Assembly: GCA_965226095.1 (NCBI GenBank)
Contig: OZ245336.1
Coordinates: forward strand, 1,033,308 to 1,097,307
Direction: 5' to 3'
From: Bdellovibrionales bacterium
Lineage (GTDB): Bacteria > Bdellovibrionota > Bdellovibrionia > Bdellovibrionales > UBA1609
Length of the DNA stretch: 64,000 bases
The notes under the pieces are model-generated. The model saw only the letters and a program-made list of their open reading frames with translations, did not search any database and was not told where the DNA came from. Every line of letters starts with the position of its first letter. The first letter of the stretch is position 1. The translations under genes and the position numbers were made by a program. Below, one piece after another: positions 19,297 to 28,827 of the stretch.

Positions 19297-20583
19297 ATGG
19301 AAATCTACAAAGACGAAATACTGGATAATCCACTTTATAAGAATATTCTTTATAGCCTTGCACAGGCTGGGAGACATATTGGTATAAATCGCAATGTCAT
19401 GGAACGGTTAAAAAGACCGCGTCGTGCTATTCGTGTTTCCATACCGGTTCGCATGGATAACGACCGTGTACAGGTTTTTAATGGTTATCGAGTCCAGCAT
19501 AATCATACCTTAGGTCCATTTAAAGGAGGAATTCGTTATCACCCAAAAGTGTGTATGGGAGAAGTGGCGGCTTTAGCCGCTTTAATGACTTATAAAAACT
19601 CTCTGTTAAATTTACCACTTGGAGGCGCTAAAGGTGGGGTGCAGTTGGATCCTTCCGCCCTTTCAAAGGCAGAGTTGGAAGCTCTTACTCGTCGCTTTAC
19701 ATCGGAATTAAGTCCTTTTATAGGGCCTGACAAGGATATTCCTGCACCGGATGTTGGTACAGATTCTGAAACAATGGCATGGATGCTAGATACTTACTCA
19801 TTGGAATCCGGTTTTTCCCAGACAGGAGTTGTGACGGGTAAACCAGTTGAAATTGGCGGATCCAAGGGGAGGAGTTCTGCTACTGGCTTGGGTGTGGTGT
19901 ATGTGCTGGAAAAGGCTTTGGAAGTGCAAAACAGGCACTTAAGTGATACGACTTTGGCTGTACAGGGTTTTGGAAAAGTGGGTATGCACGCTTGTGTGGA
20001 GGCTCATGCTTTAGGCGCTAGTGTTGTTGCTATCAGTGACCAATCAGGAGGGGTATTTAATCCTAAAGGCTTGAATATTACAGAAATTGTTCAACATGTT
20101 ACGGAGAATCGCTTTATAAAAGATTATCCAAAAGCAGAAAAAATTTCCAATGAAGAGCTTTTAGCTTTGGATGTCGATGCTGTTTTACCTTGTGCTTTGG
20201 AGGATGTTATCAACGAAAAAAATCAGTCTAGTATTAAAACAAAGCTGATTATTGAAGGGGCCAATAGTCCTATTGCTCCCAAAGCCAGCGAGTACCTTAC
20301 TCAAAATGGAGTTTTAGTTGTTCCAGATATTTTAGCCAATGGTGGAGGAGTCATTGTCAGTTATTTTGAATGGGTGCAGGATATAGGTTGGTTGTTTTGG
20401 ACAGAAACACAAGTCAGGAACAAGTTGAGAGATATTTTAAGAATGTCTTTTGATAAAGTGTGGCAATTTACTGAAGATCACCCTGTTCAAGAAAATGGAC
20501 AGAAAAATTTAAGATTGGCAGCTATGAGCGTTTCTCTTCTGCGTTTGGAAAAAGCAATGAAACTTAGAGGGCAAGCTTGGTAA
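19297..20583 (+). CDS. gdh: Glutamate dehydrogenase (Glu/Leu/Phe/Val dehydrogenase family)
   Basis: 428 aa with the catalytic-lysine block PLGGAKGG and the Rossmann motif VQGFGKVG. The architecture is typical of the ~420-aa GDHs. Confidence 0.85.
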   Translation: MEIYKDEILDNPLYKNILYSLAQAGRHIGINRNVMERLKRPRRAIRVSIPVRMDNDRVQVFNGYRVQHNHTLGPFKGGIRYHPKVCMGEVAALAALMTYKNSLLNLPLGGAKGGVQLDPSALSKAELEALTRRFTSELSPFIGPDKDIPAPDVGTDSETMAWMLDTYSLESGFSQTGVVTGKPVEIGGSKGRSSATGLGVVYVLEKALEVQNRHLSDTTLAVQGFGKVGMHACVEAHALGASVVAISDQSGGVFNPKGLNITEIVQHVTENRFIKDYPKAEKISNEELLALDVDAVLPCALEDVINEKNQSSIKTKLIIEGANSPIAPKASEYLTQNGVLVVPDILANGGGVIVSYFEWVQDIGWLFWTETQVRNKLRDILRMSFDKVWQFTEDHPVQENGQKNLRLAAMSVSLLRLEKAMKLRGQAW

Positions 20584-21572
20584 AACCCTGGTTATATTTA
20601 CCGGCTTCCTGGTCTCATCAGCTGGCCTCTCCTTGTTTATCTGTATTTTCTTCTGTAGTGGGAGACAAAAAACCTCCTCAATGGAAACCTTTTAAATGGG
20701 GTAATATGGAGTTCCCCAATCCATTGGCTCCTGCAGGAGGAGTGGATAAATCTGCAAAGCATATGAAGGCTTGGTGGGCTTTAGGGGCTGGGTTTATAGA
20801 AGTGGGAACAATTACTCCTCTCCCTCAAAAAGCCAACAAAGGTGCCATTTTAAAAAGAAATGTTAAGGAACAGGCTTTATGGAATTATATGGGCTTTCCC
20901 GGAGATGGTTTAAATCGTATACGCGATAGACTGGCAAACAACTCATCGAGACCAACTCCTGTTTTTGCGAATATTGGTAAAAACAGGGATACCAATCTGG
21001 AAAAGGCTTATCAGGATTATATTCGATGTATTTCAACTTTAAATCCTTATGTAGATGCTTTCGTTATAAACATTAGTAGCCCTAACACTAAGGATTTAAG
21101 GGATTTATCGACTCCAGCCTATTTAAAAACACTTTTGAATAAAATTAACACTCACTTGTCTTCCATGAAATATAGAAAGCCAGTTTTTGTGAAATGGAGT
21201 CCTGATATGAGTGAAAAAGATTTTTTACATGCTTTGGATCAGGCTGGAGAATGTGGTGTGGAAGGACATATTATTTGCAATAGCAGTGAAGTTTTGGGTC
21301 GAGATTTAAAACAAGATATTTTTCCAAAGCGAGGTGGAGTATCTGGTGCCCCTCTGTCGAATACTGCTAAAAAGAGGTTGATTTTAGCGCATAAGCATTT
21401 GGCTGTTAATAGACAAAAATATCTCCTTATTTCTTCTGGTGGAGTGTTAACACCGACAGATGTGTTTGAAAGATTGGATATGGGTGCTGATCTGGTTCAG
21501 GTGTATTCAGCTCTTATTTTTGATGGTCCTTGCTTTTTCTTAAAGACAAAAAACACTTTTAACCAACTTTGA
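20577..21572 (+). CDS. pyrD: Dihydroorotate dehydrogenase (quinone), class 2
   Basis: 331 aa with the blocks GFIEVGTITPLPQ, NISSPNT and GGVSG. The TTG start overlaps the gdh stop, so the start is uncertain. Confidence 0.85.
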   Translation: MVKPWLYLPASWSHQLASPCLSVFSSVVGDKKPPQWKPFKWGNMEFPNPLAPAGGVDKSAKHMKAWWALGAGFIEVGTITPLPQKANKGAILKRNVKEQALWNYMGFPGDGLNRIRDRLANNSSRPTPVFANIGKNRDTNLEKAYQDYIRCISTLNPYVDAFVINISSPNTKDLRDLSTPAYLKTLLNKINTHLSSMKYRKPVFVKWSPDMSEKDFLHALDQAGECGVEGHIICNSSEVLGRDLKQDIFPKRGGVSGAPLSNTAKKRLILAHKHLAVNRQKYLLISSGGVLTPTDVFERLDMGADLVQVYSALIFDGPCFFLKTKNTFNQL

Positions 21573-21629
21573 TTATTTTTTGTTTTTTATTTGTCAAATT
21601 TCAAAAAAGAAATTATCCTTTATTAAGAG

Positions 21630-21932
21630 ATGGTAAAAAAAACACCTATTTATAAGAATTTTACAAAGTCTGATTTGGTTGATGAGCTTTCTAAGAAGCA
21701 TAAAACAACGAAGGTATTGGCAGAAATAAGTGTCAATACTGTATTGGACTCTATTGCAAAAAGTCTGCAGGAAGATAATCGTGTGGAGATTAGAGGGTTT
21801 GGAACCTTTGAAATAAGAAAGTATGGAGCTTATCAAGGTCGAAATCCGCAAACTGGGCAAAAAATACAAGTTTCAGCAAAAAGATTACCTTTTTTTAAGC
21901 CTGGTAAGCTCAAAGAGCGAATTAAGACATAG
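21630..21932 (+). CDS. IHF/HU-family DNA-binding protein (IHF beta-like)
   Basis: 100 aa with RVEIRGFGTFEIRKYGAYQGRNPQTGQKIQVSAKRLPFFKPGK, the typical HU/IHF arm. Confidence 0.85.
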   Translation: MVKKTPIYKNFTKSDLVDELSKKHKTTKVLAEISVNTVLDSIAKSLQEDNRVEIRGFGTFEIRKYGAYQGRNPQTGQKIQVSAKRLPFFKPGKLKERIKT

Positions 21933-22005
21933 ATGTACATTTTGGATGTTTTATGCGTAGGCTGGTTGAATATTTTAAAAACTTGGCTTTAATTTAAACA
22001 ATTGA

Positions 22006-22064
22006 GTGTAATATTTTCATTTATAAAAACTTATATTTTAAAAAATATTAAATTCTGATATAAT
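22006..22064 (+). promoter_or_regulatory. Candidate promoter: shared motif GTGTAATATTTTCA plus an extended -10 TGATATAAT
   Basis: The motif lies at 22006-22019 and TGATATAAT at 22056-22064. The same motif with the same spacing (50-51 bp) recurs upstream of the next secreted-protein gene. Confidence 0.5.
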
Positions 22065-22153
22065 GCATTTGCCTTTATTGCTAAAACTATAATATGCCAA
22101 TGTGAATCGATTGTGGTATGATTATGATAAGGTTTGAGACAAAAGGATAATCT

Positions 22154-22819
22154 ATGAAACAAATAAATATTGTATATCATTTACTGAGAGTTTTATTTTT
22201 ACAAAGCCTCATGTTTTATGTTGTTTTAACTGGTGCAGACGATAAGTATGAGGTTCCACTAAATTGTAGAGATTCGTATTGTGTTGATTATACATACGAA
22301 TATCAAAATGGTGATATTAAGTACCCTTTGCTACCGTTTAGATCTTATGGCCTCTATTGTGGGAATTATAGCATAAAAGAAAAAAAAATGATTTGTAATA
22401 AGGCAGGCTGTATGTATGCAACGCCACTATTTGAAAATGGAGAGAAGCTTGCTGAATCTTGTAGAATAGTAGAACTTGTACTACCTAAAGAGGAAACAGA
22501 TGTAGGTACAAAATTAGTATTTGGAAAATACTATTGGGTAGAGAAAGATGGTATATATTATAATAGTGAAGAGTTTCAAGGTACGAAAAGTGAAAGTGAC
22601 TTTTCTGATGGTAGTACGACAGCCTTCTGTCATCCAAAAACAGTGGAAGCAACAGGAGCTGGAGAGCAAGATGCTGATGCAGTAGTGGAAACAACAGGAG
22701 CTGGAGAGCAAACAGATAATTATAGTGAACCTTGCATTCTGAAGATAGAAAAGTCAGAGGATGAACGTAGTCGCCTCAATTCTGGAAAAAGGCACCGTTT
22801 CACTTCTAGATACAATTAA
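22154..22819 (+). CDS. Secreted cysteine-rich protein of unknown function
   Basis: 221 aa with a hydrophobic N-terminal signal-like segment, 10+ Cys residues and an internal 42-bp direct repeat (VEATGAGEQ/VETTGAGEQ). I recognise no family. Confidence 0.6.
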   Translation: MKQINIVYHLLRVLFLQSLMFYVVLTGADDKYEVPLNCRDSYCVDYTYEYQNGDIKYPLLPFRSYGLYCGNYSIKEKKMICNKAGCMYATPLFENGEKLAESCRIVELVLPKEETDVGTKLVFGKYYWVEKDGIYYNSEEFQGTKSESDFSDGSTTAFCHPKTVEATGAGEQDADAVVETTGAGEQTDNYSEPCILKIEKSEDERSRLNSGKRHRFTSRYN

Positions 22820-22853
22820 AACAATAGATACACTGTATAAAAATTGTAAGAAC

Positions 22854-22913
22854 GTGTAATATTTTCACTTCTTAAATTTATAATTTTAAAAAACTGTTTC
22901 TTTTTGATACAAT
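22854..22913 (+). promoter_or_regulatory. Candidate promoter: shared motif GTGTAATATTTTCA plus an extended -10 TGATACAAT
   Basis: The motif lies at 22854-22867 and TGATACAAT at 22905-22913. It is paralogous to 22006-22064. Confidence 0.5.
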
Positions 22914-23001
22914 AGCTTCAATGAGTTATTGAAAGTTCTGAATGAGTTCTTAATTTTCAATTTATTTATAGAGAAATAAAAGCCAATAAAGGAGGGCGTC
23001 T

Positions 23002-23586
23002 ATGAAAACAATAAATCTGTTCTACTACTTATTTGGGAGTTTAATTTTTATTTTTTCACAAACTGTATTAGCAAGTTCAATTATTGATGATGCAGAAGAT
23101 ATCGAATTAGGTGCAAAAGTTACATCCTGTAGTGATGATCATTGTTCTACATATGTTCATCTTGGAGGAGGAAAATTGAGGCATCAATCCAGAGTTCCTT
23201 TACAAAAGATTGTGTTTCAATCAATTTCACGCCAATTCTTATCGTGCCAGGATTTGCAAACGGGTAAAACAGAATTGTTTTGTGAAGAAACAAACAATAT
23301 CAAATGTGTAAAAATCGTCCCTGGTGGTGATAGGAATCAATGTTTAGTTGAAGCATTAGTGAATGTAAATCCAATGGTCAGACATGTGGCTTTAGCAAAT
23401 GAAGAAGGTGAAAAACAAGAGCAAGAATACACTCAAATTGTACTTTCTGATGCTCCGAGTAGAGAGGTTTTTTGTAATCATACTTCTTGTATCGAGGTAA
23501 TTAGAAAAAGTACCCGAAGTGTTTCAAATGGAGTTAATGGTTACGAGCCGATTCTTCCTTATGCTACTAGCGAGTATATACAATAA
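23002..23586 (+). CDS. Secreted cysteine-rich protein of unknown function
   Basis: 194 aa. The signal peptide MKTINLFYYLFGSLIFIFSQTVLA resembles that of the preceding gene (MKQINIVYHLLRVLFL...). It has many Cys residues and AGGAGG about 8 nt upstream. Confidence 0.65.
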   Translation: MKTINLFYYLFGSLIFIFSQTVLASSIIDDAEDIELGAKVTSCSDDHCSTYVHLGGGKLRHQSRVPLQKIVFQSISRQFLSCQDLQTGKTELFCEETNNIKCVKIVPGGDRNQCLVEALVNVNPMVRHVALANEEGEKQEQEYTQIVLSDAPSREVFCNHTSCIEVIRKSTRSVSNGVNGYEPILPYATSEYIQ

Positions 23587-23669
23587 GAGAGTTTATTCAC
23601 GCGCAATCTGATGCATACGAGAGTAAGAAGACTGAAGGTCTGATGGTGGGTGCTATTGGGAAATATGTT

Positions 23670-24089
23670 TTATATTAAATTTTTTATTAGAGTGAGTTGA
23701 TTAGTGTCATTTTGATAAGAATAAGACATATCATCCACTAAATTTCTGGCCAGTAATACACCTACACCTCCTAGTGTACGTTCTCTCAGGTTGGTGTGAG
23801 TATTTGTGCTCTTATAAGTAACAGGATTAAAAGCTTTTCCTTGATTACTAAGGCATAAAATCAGTTTATTTTGGCTGAGTTCTACTTTTAATTGTATTTG
23901 GTGGGTTTTTTGATCCTCATAAGCGTAAGAAATAATATTCACAATGAGTTCTTCTAAAGCCAGTTGAATATGTGAGATATTTTTTGTTCCTATATTGTGG
24001 TTTTTACCTAATTCAGTAATAAATGATTGTATCTTTTCTAATTCATCAAAATCATTGTTGATGGTACGTGTGTAGGCTACCTGGTTCAT
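23670..24089 (-). CDS. Anti-sigma-factor-type serine kinase (RsbW/SpoIIAB-like HATPase)
   Basis: 139 aa with the N-box-like ALEELIVNIISYA and the G-box GGVGVLLARNLVDDM. The size and position next to a STAS gene are typical. Confidence 0.75.
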   Translation of the reverse strand: MNQVAYTRTINNDFDELEKIQSFITELGKNHNIGTKNISHIQLALEELIVNIISYAYEDQKTHQIQLKVELSQNKLILCLSNQGKAFNPVTYKSTNTHTNLRERTLGGVGVLLARNLVDDMSYSYQNDTNQLTLIKNLI

Positions 24090-24092
24090 TTT

Positions 24093-24443
24093 TTAAAGCT
24101 TTTCAAGTGTGGTTTTTTTATCTTTATAAATACTAAATATTTTATCAAAGCTGGAGATTCGAAAAACTGAACTGACAAATTCATTAAGGCCAAATAAGGC
24201 CAGGTTTTTTTTAGCACCAGCCAGTTCTTTTGCCAATTTCAATAAAATTCGAAGACCAGCGCTGGAAATATAAGTGAGGTTGGATAAATCTATTAAAATA
24301 TTTTTTTTTGTTTGAACTAAAGCTTCTTCTGCCTTTTTTTCAAAGATCGGTGAATCAGCATAACTGATTTCTCCGGTTATTTTCATAAGACTATAATTGT
24401 GTTCCGTACTCCAGACTATTTCCAATTGACTTTGTTTTGTCAT
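24093..24443 (-). CDS. STAS-domain anti-sigma-factor antagonist (RsbV/SpoIIAA-like)
   Basis: The block DLSNLTYISSAGLRILL carries the conserved phosphorylatable Ser context. I prefer the ATG at 24443 over the TTG at 24479. Confidence 0.75.
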   Translation of the reverse strand: MTKQSQLEIVWSTEHNYSLMKITGEISYADSPIFEKKAEEALVQTKKNILIDLSNLTYISSAGLRILLKLAKELAGAKKNLALFGLNEFVSSVFRISSFDKIFSIYKDKKTTLEKL

Positions 24444-24529
24444 GCCAAAGATTTTATACCTGCAAGGAAAAATGGTCAACTTTAGTCTGTCTTGATTTCT
24501 TTATATGTAAGATGATATAAGTCAATCTT

Positions 24530-27289
24530 ATGAAAAAATCAGTAGAGAGTGCAGAAAAAGATCTCATCTCAAAATGGGATGTGGAAAAAATATATACCTA
24601 TGATTCTCATAAAATACGTAGTCAGAATTTTGTAATTGACACTCCGCCGCCTACTATCTCTGGCGCTTTGCATATTGGCCATGTGTTTAGCTATACACAA
24701 ACTGATATTTTAGCTCGTTTTCAAAGAATGTCGGGAAAAAATGTTTTTTATCCTATGGGTTGGGATAATAATGGCTTACCTACGGAGAAACGTGTCCAAA
24801 ATCTTTATAAAGTCCTTTGTGATTCTACTTTATCTTCTGAATTATCAGATGAGAAATGGCAGAATCTGTTGGATCGAAAAGTAAAAAAACAAGTCACTGA
24901 TTTTCAAAAAGTTTCCAGAGATACTTTTGTTAAGACCTGTTTATTACAAACTAGGGAGGATCAAAAAAAATATAAAGAACTATGGCAGAATCTTGGATTA
25001 TCAGTGGATTGGAATCAAACGTATGAAACCATTTCTCCTTATGTACAAAATGTTTCACAAAGATCATTTTTAGATTTGTATCAAAAGGGTTTTGTGGAAA
25101 ATCGCTTGGCGCCAGTGTTTTGGGACACTCAATTTCAAACAGCAGTGGCACAAGCAGATATTGAAGATAGAGAGAAGCAGGGTTTTTATTATAATATTCG
25201 ATTTAAAATAATGGGAGAAGAAGGAGAATTTATTATTTCCACTACACGTCCAGAGCTGTTGCCGGCCTGTGTGGCTGTTGCAGCTCATCCGGAAGATGAT
25301 AGATATAAAAAGTTTTTTTATAAAAAAGCCCTTACTCCTTTGTTGAGTGTTCCTGTGCCTATCTTACCGTCTACACATGCTGATCCGGAAAAAGGCACAG
25401 GTATTTTAATGATTTGTACTTTTGGTGATATGGAGGATGTGCGTTTTTGGCAAAAGATAAATGGCTCAAAACTGACTAAACAAAATTTACCCATTCGACA
25501 GATTATAGATGAATCCGGTTTTATAAAGGATATTCAATTTAAAAAAACTTCAGATTCATTGTTTGTGAGTGAAGACCCTGAATCCGCTAACAAACATTAT
25601 GCTAAATTGAAAGGGTTAAGAGTTAAACAAGCCAGATCGGCTATTGTTAAAATTTTATCGGAAACAAAAGAGTTAGCTTCAAAACCTCTGTCGACTGAAC
25701 AATTCATAAAATTTTATGAAAAAGGGGAGTACCCATTGGAGTTAATACCGACTCGTCAGTGGTATGTGAAAATTATGGATTATAAAAATGAACTCATAGA
25801 TCAAGGTCGAAAAATTCAGTGGCATCCTGTTTCCATGTTAAAGAGATATGAGCAATGGGTGGAAGGACTTAATCAAGACTGGTGTATCTCACGACAAAGA
25901 TTTTTTGGAGTGCCTTTTCCAGTTTGGTACTCAATAGACGATAAAGGGGAAGTGAACTATAATGAAGTTTTACTACCTGAGATGTCCACTTTGTTGAAAA
26001 ATGAACAACAATCAGTGGATCCAATGCACTCTGCGCCAGCAGATTGGAATCCAAGTTTAAAGCATTATACAGAAGATAAAAGAGGGAAGCCTGGTGGTTT
26101 TCTGGCTGACTCCTCAGTGATGGATACATGGGCCAGCTCTTCTCTATCTCCTCAAATCAACAGTCAGTGGGGCATTAATAACAAGCGACATGAAACACTT
26201 TTTCCGGCTGACTTACGTCCACAAGCACATGAAATTATTCGCACATGGGCATTTTATACTATCGTGAAAACTTTTTTTCATTCTTCGAAAGATACAAGTG
26301 TTCCGTGGAAGAATATTGCGATTAGTGGTTGGGTGATGAATCCCAATCGATTAAAAATGAGCAAATCCAAAGGTGATACAGTGTCGCCGGAACAACTGTT
26401 ACAGTTATATAGTGCAGATGCAGTAAGGTACTGGGCGGGCAAGGCTCGTTTGGGACAGGATACTGTATTTGATGAAAACATGATGAAAAATGGAAAGCGA
26501 TTGAGCACTAAATTACAAAATGCCTTCAAGTTTGTTCAAATACAAATACAGAATCTGGACACAGAAGGTAGTAAATCTGTAGGCTTATTGGGTTCCTTAA
26601 AGGAAATAAGTACTCAGATGGATCGCAGTTGGATTGGGCATTTATTACAAGTTCATGAACAAGTGACAAAGAATTTACAAAATTTTTCATATGCTGGTGC
26701 TTTGGATCAACTTGAAAAAACTTTTTGGCTGTTTTGTGACAACTATTTGGAATTAGTGAAAGGGAGAGCTTATCAGTTAAAATCAGAGAAAAGTGGTAGG
26801 TCCAGTATAAGAGCATTGGATATCAGTCTGTATTTTTTTATAAAAATGTTGGCTCCTTATATGCCTTTTGTAACCGATCATATCTGGCGGCAAAGATATA
26901 GTGAGATGTATCCCAGTGAAAATAAAAATAGTAAAAAATCTGTACACGTACAACATTGGGGAATGAAAGACTTGGAAAGAAAAGAAATTCTCTCTTGGGG
27001 AGTTCCTAAACAAGATAATGATTTGTTGGAGTTTTCTTTTTTTATTCTACAAAAAATCAGATCCTTTAAAGCATCAAAACAAAAAAGTCTTTCTACCAAA
27101 GTTAAGAAATTTGAGATGAAGATGAGTAAACAACAGGCTGTTTTATTTGACCTGTGTCGGGAAGATCTCATACGCGCCGGTCAATTGGATGCAAGTAATA
27201 TCTTTGTAAAAGTAGTAGAGAATTTGGGAAAAGAAGATAGTCTTGAAAATAATAAATTTTTTGAGCCTAGTCTTATATTGGAAGATTAA
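24530..27289 (+). CDS. valS: Valine--tRNA ligase (long type-2 form)
   Basis: 919 aa class I aaRS with HIGH as LHIGH and KMSKS present. The N-terminal block TPPPTISGALHIGHVFSYTQTDILARFQRMSGKNVFYPMGWDNNGLPTE matches the actinobacterial-type ValRS pattern. Confidence 0.85.
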   Translation: MKKSVESAEKDLISKWDVEKIYTYDSHKIRSQNFVIDTPPPTISGALHIGHVFSYTQTDILARFQRMSGKNVFYPMGWDNNGLPTEKRVQNLYKVLCDSTLSSELSDEKWQNLLDRKVKKQVTDFQKVSRDTFVKTCLLQTREDQKKYKELWQNLGLSVDWNQTYETISPYVQNVSQRSFLDLYQKGFVENRLAPVFWDTQFQTAVAQADIEDREKQGFYYNIRFKIMGEEGEFIISTTRPELLPACVAVAAHPEDDRYKKFFYKKALTPLLSVPVPILPSTHADPEKGTGILMICTFGDMEDVRFWQKINGSKLTKQNLPIRQIIDESGFIKDIQFKKTSDSLFVSEDPESANKHYAKLKGLRVKQARSAIVKILSETKELASKPLSTEQFIKFYEKGEYPLELIPTRQWYVKIMDYKNELIDQGRKIQWHPVSMLKRYEQWVEGLNQDWCISRQRFFGVPFPVWYSIDDKGEVNYNEVLLPEMSTLLKNEQQSVDPMHSAPADWNPSLKHYTEDKRGKPGGFLADSSVMDTWASSSLSPQINSQWGINNKRHETLFPADLRPQAHEIIRTWAFYTIVKTFFHSSKDTSVPWKNIAISGWVMNPNRLKMSKSKGDTVSPEQLLQLYSADAVRYWAGKARLGQDTVFDENMMKNGKRLSTKLQNAFKFVQIQIQNLDTEGSKSVGLLGSLKEISTQMDRSWIGHLLQVHEQVTKNLQNFSYAGALDQLEKTFWLFCDNYLELVKGRAYQLKSEKSGRSSIRALDISLYFFIKMLAPYMPFVTDHIWRQRYSEMYPSENKNSKKSVHVQHWGMKDLERKEILSWGVPKQDNDLLEFSFFILQKIRSFKASKQKSLSTKVKKFEMKMSKQQAVLFDLCREDLIRAGQLDASNIFVKVVENLGKEDSLENNKFFEPSLILED

Positions 27290-27306
27290 CTTTTAAAGGA
27301 TAAAAA

Positions 27307-28812
27307 ATGAAAAAATTTTCTATTAGAGTTTTTCCTGAAAAGGAATGTTTGAAAAAAGAGGATCAGTTAGCTTGGAAATTAGCTGAATGTGCTTTGGATT
27401 CAGTTTCACTTTCAGAATCTGTTGTTGATATGGTTATTAACCGTATAATAGATAATGCTGGTCTGGCCTTGGCTTCTTTTCATCGCAGTTCAGTGGTTTG
27501 TGCCAGAGATCAGGCATTGGCTCATACTCATCAGAGTGGGGCTTTAATTTTTGGTTGTTCAAATAAACAAAAAACTTCAGCTAATTGGGCGGCTTGGGCC
27601 AATGGTGTGGCCGTGCGTGAATTGGACTTTCATGATACTTTTTTAGCGCAGGATTATTCTCATCCGGCAGATAATATCCCTCCTATTTTGGCAGTGGCAC
27701 AGCAAAAATCTCTCAATGGTCAGACCTTATTAAAAGCCATTGTCTCCGCTTATGAAATTCATATTGCCTTGGTAAAATCGATATGTTTGCATAAACATAA
27801 AATTGATCATATTGCTCACTTATGTCCAGCGCAGACAGCGGGTCTGGGTGCTTTACTTTCTGTTTCACCAGACACTTTATATCAGGCTATTAATCAGGCG
27901 GTACATATTAGTTTCACCACTCGACAGTCTCGTAAAGGCAGTATTTCCTCCTGGAAAGCTTTTGCTCCTGCTCATGCAGGGAAATTGGCTATAGAGGCGA
28001 TGGATCGCTCTATGAGAGGACAGAAAAGCCCTTCTCCTATTTATGAGGGAGAGGATTCAGTGATGGCCTGGCTCTTGGATGGTCCTTCAGCAGATTACAC
28101 CATTGAGCTTCCTGAAAAAGGTGAAGAAAAAAGAGCACTTCTGGAATCTTATACGAAGGAACATTCAGCAGAATATCAATCCCAAGCCTTAATTGATTTA
28201 GCTTTTGAAATGAGAAGAAAAATTAAAGATGTAAAATTCATCAAGGAGATTACAATAAAAACTTCTCACCATACCCATTATGTGATTGGTACCGGATCAG
28301 AGGATCCACAAAAACAAGATCCCAAAGCCAGTAGGGAAACATTGGATCACAGTATTACTTATATTTTTGCGGTGGCTTTAGAGGATGGTTATTGGCATCA
28401 TGTTGATTCTTATAAACCAGAGAGGGCGAATCGACCTGAAACCATTCAACTGTGGCATAAAATTAAAACCCAGGAAGAAAAAAAGTGGACAGATCTTTAT
28501 CATCATCCCGATCCAAATAAAAAATGTTTTGGTGGCAGTGTGGAGATTATTTTTCAAGATGGCACAAAAATAGTGGGTGAGAAGGCCAGAGCAAATGCTC
28601 ATCCTGCCGGAGATAGACCCTTTCAGAGGGAGGATTATATTCAGAAATTTGTAAAATTAAGTGAGAGTGTAGGTGTTAAAGAAAAAGAACAAAAGAGGTT
28701 TTTATCATTAGTGCAAAGACTACCTGAGTTGTCTGCTGTGGAAATCAGTCAATTAAATGTTCAGATAAGTGATACTCCTGTGCGGAAACAGTCTGTTGGA
28801 GTGTTAGATTGA
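27307..28812 (+). CDS. prpD: 2-methylcitrate dehydratase (MmgE/PrpD family)
   Basis: 501 aa PrpD-family sequence (IDNAGLALAS..., AWANGVAVRELDFHDT). It is followed by prpB and prpC. Confidence 0.85.
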   Translation: MKKFSIRVFPEKECLKKEDQLAWKLAECALDSVSLSESVVDMVINRIIDNAGLALASFHRSSVVCARDQALAHTHQSGALIFGCSNKQKTSANWAAWANGVAVRELDFHDTFLAQDYSHPADNIPPILAVAQQKSLNGQTLLKAIVSAYEIHIALVKSICLHKHKIDHIAHLCPAQTAGLGALLSVSPDTLYQAINQAVHISFTTRQSRKGSISSWKAFAPAHAGKLAIEAMDRSMRGQKSPSPIYEGEDSVMAWLLDGPSADYTIELPEKGEEKRALLESYTKEHSAEYQSQALIDLAFEMRRKIKDVKFIKEITIKTSHHTHYVIGTGSEDPQKQDPKASRETLDHSITYIFAVALEDGYWHHVDSYKPERANRPETIQLWHKIKTQEEKKWTDLYHHPDPNKKCFGGSVEIIFQDGTKIVGEKARANAHPAGDRPFQREDYIQKFVKLSESVGVKEKEQKRFLSLVQRLPELSAVEISQLNVQISDTPVRKQSVGVLD

Positions 28813-28827
28813 TAAATATAATAATTC

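Noticed and set aside
22380-22388. A9 homopolymer as a phase-variation switch in the Cys-rich secreted gene
   Set aside because: A/T runs of 8-9 are common throughout this AT-rich window, for example in pstS and the STAS gene, so the run is not distinctive on its own.
24951-27171. Seven minus-strand ORFs inside valS
   Set aside because: All lie antisense within a continuous 919-aa aaRS gene that has HIGH and KMSKS motifs.
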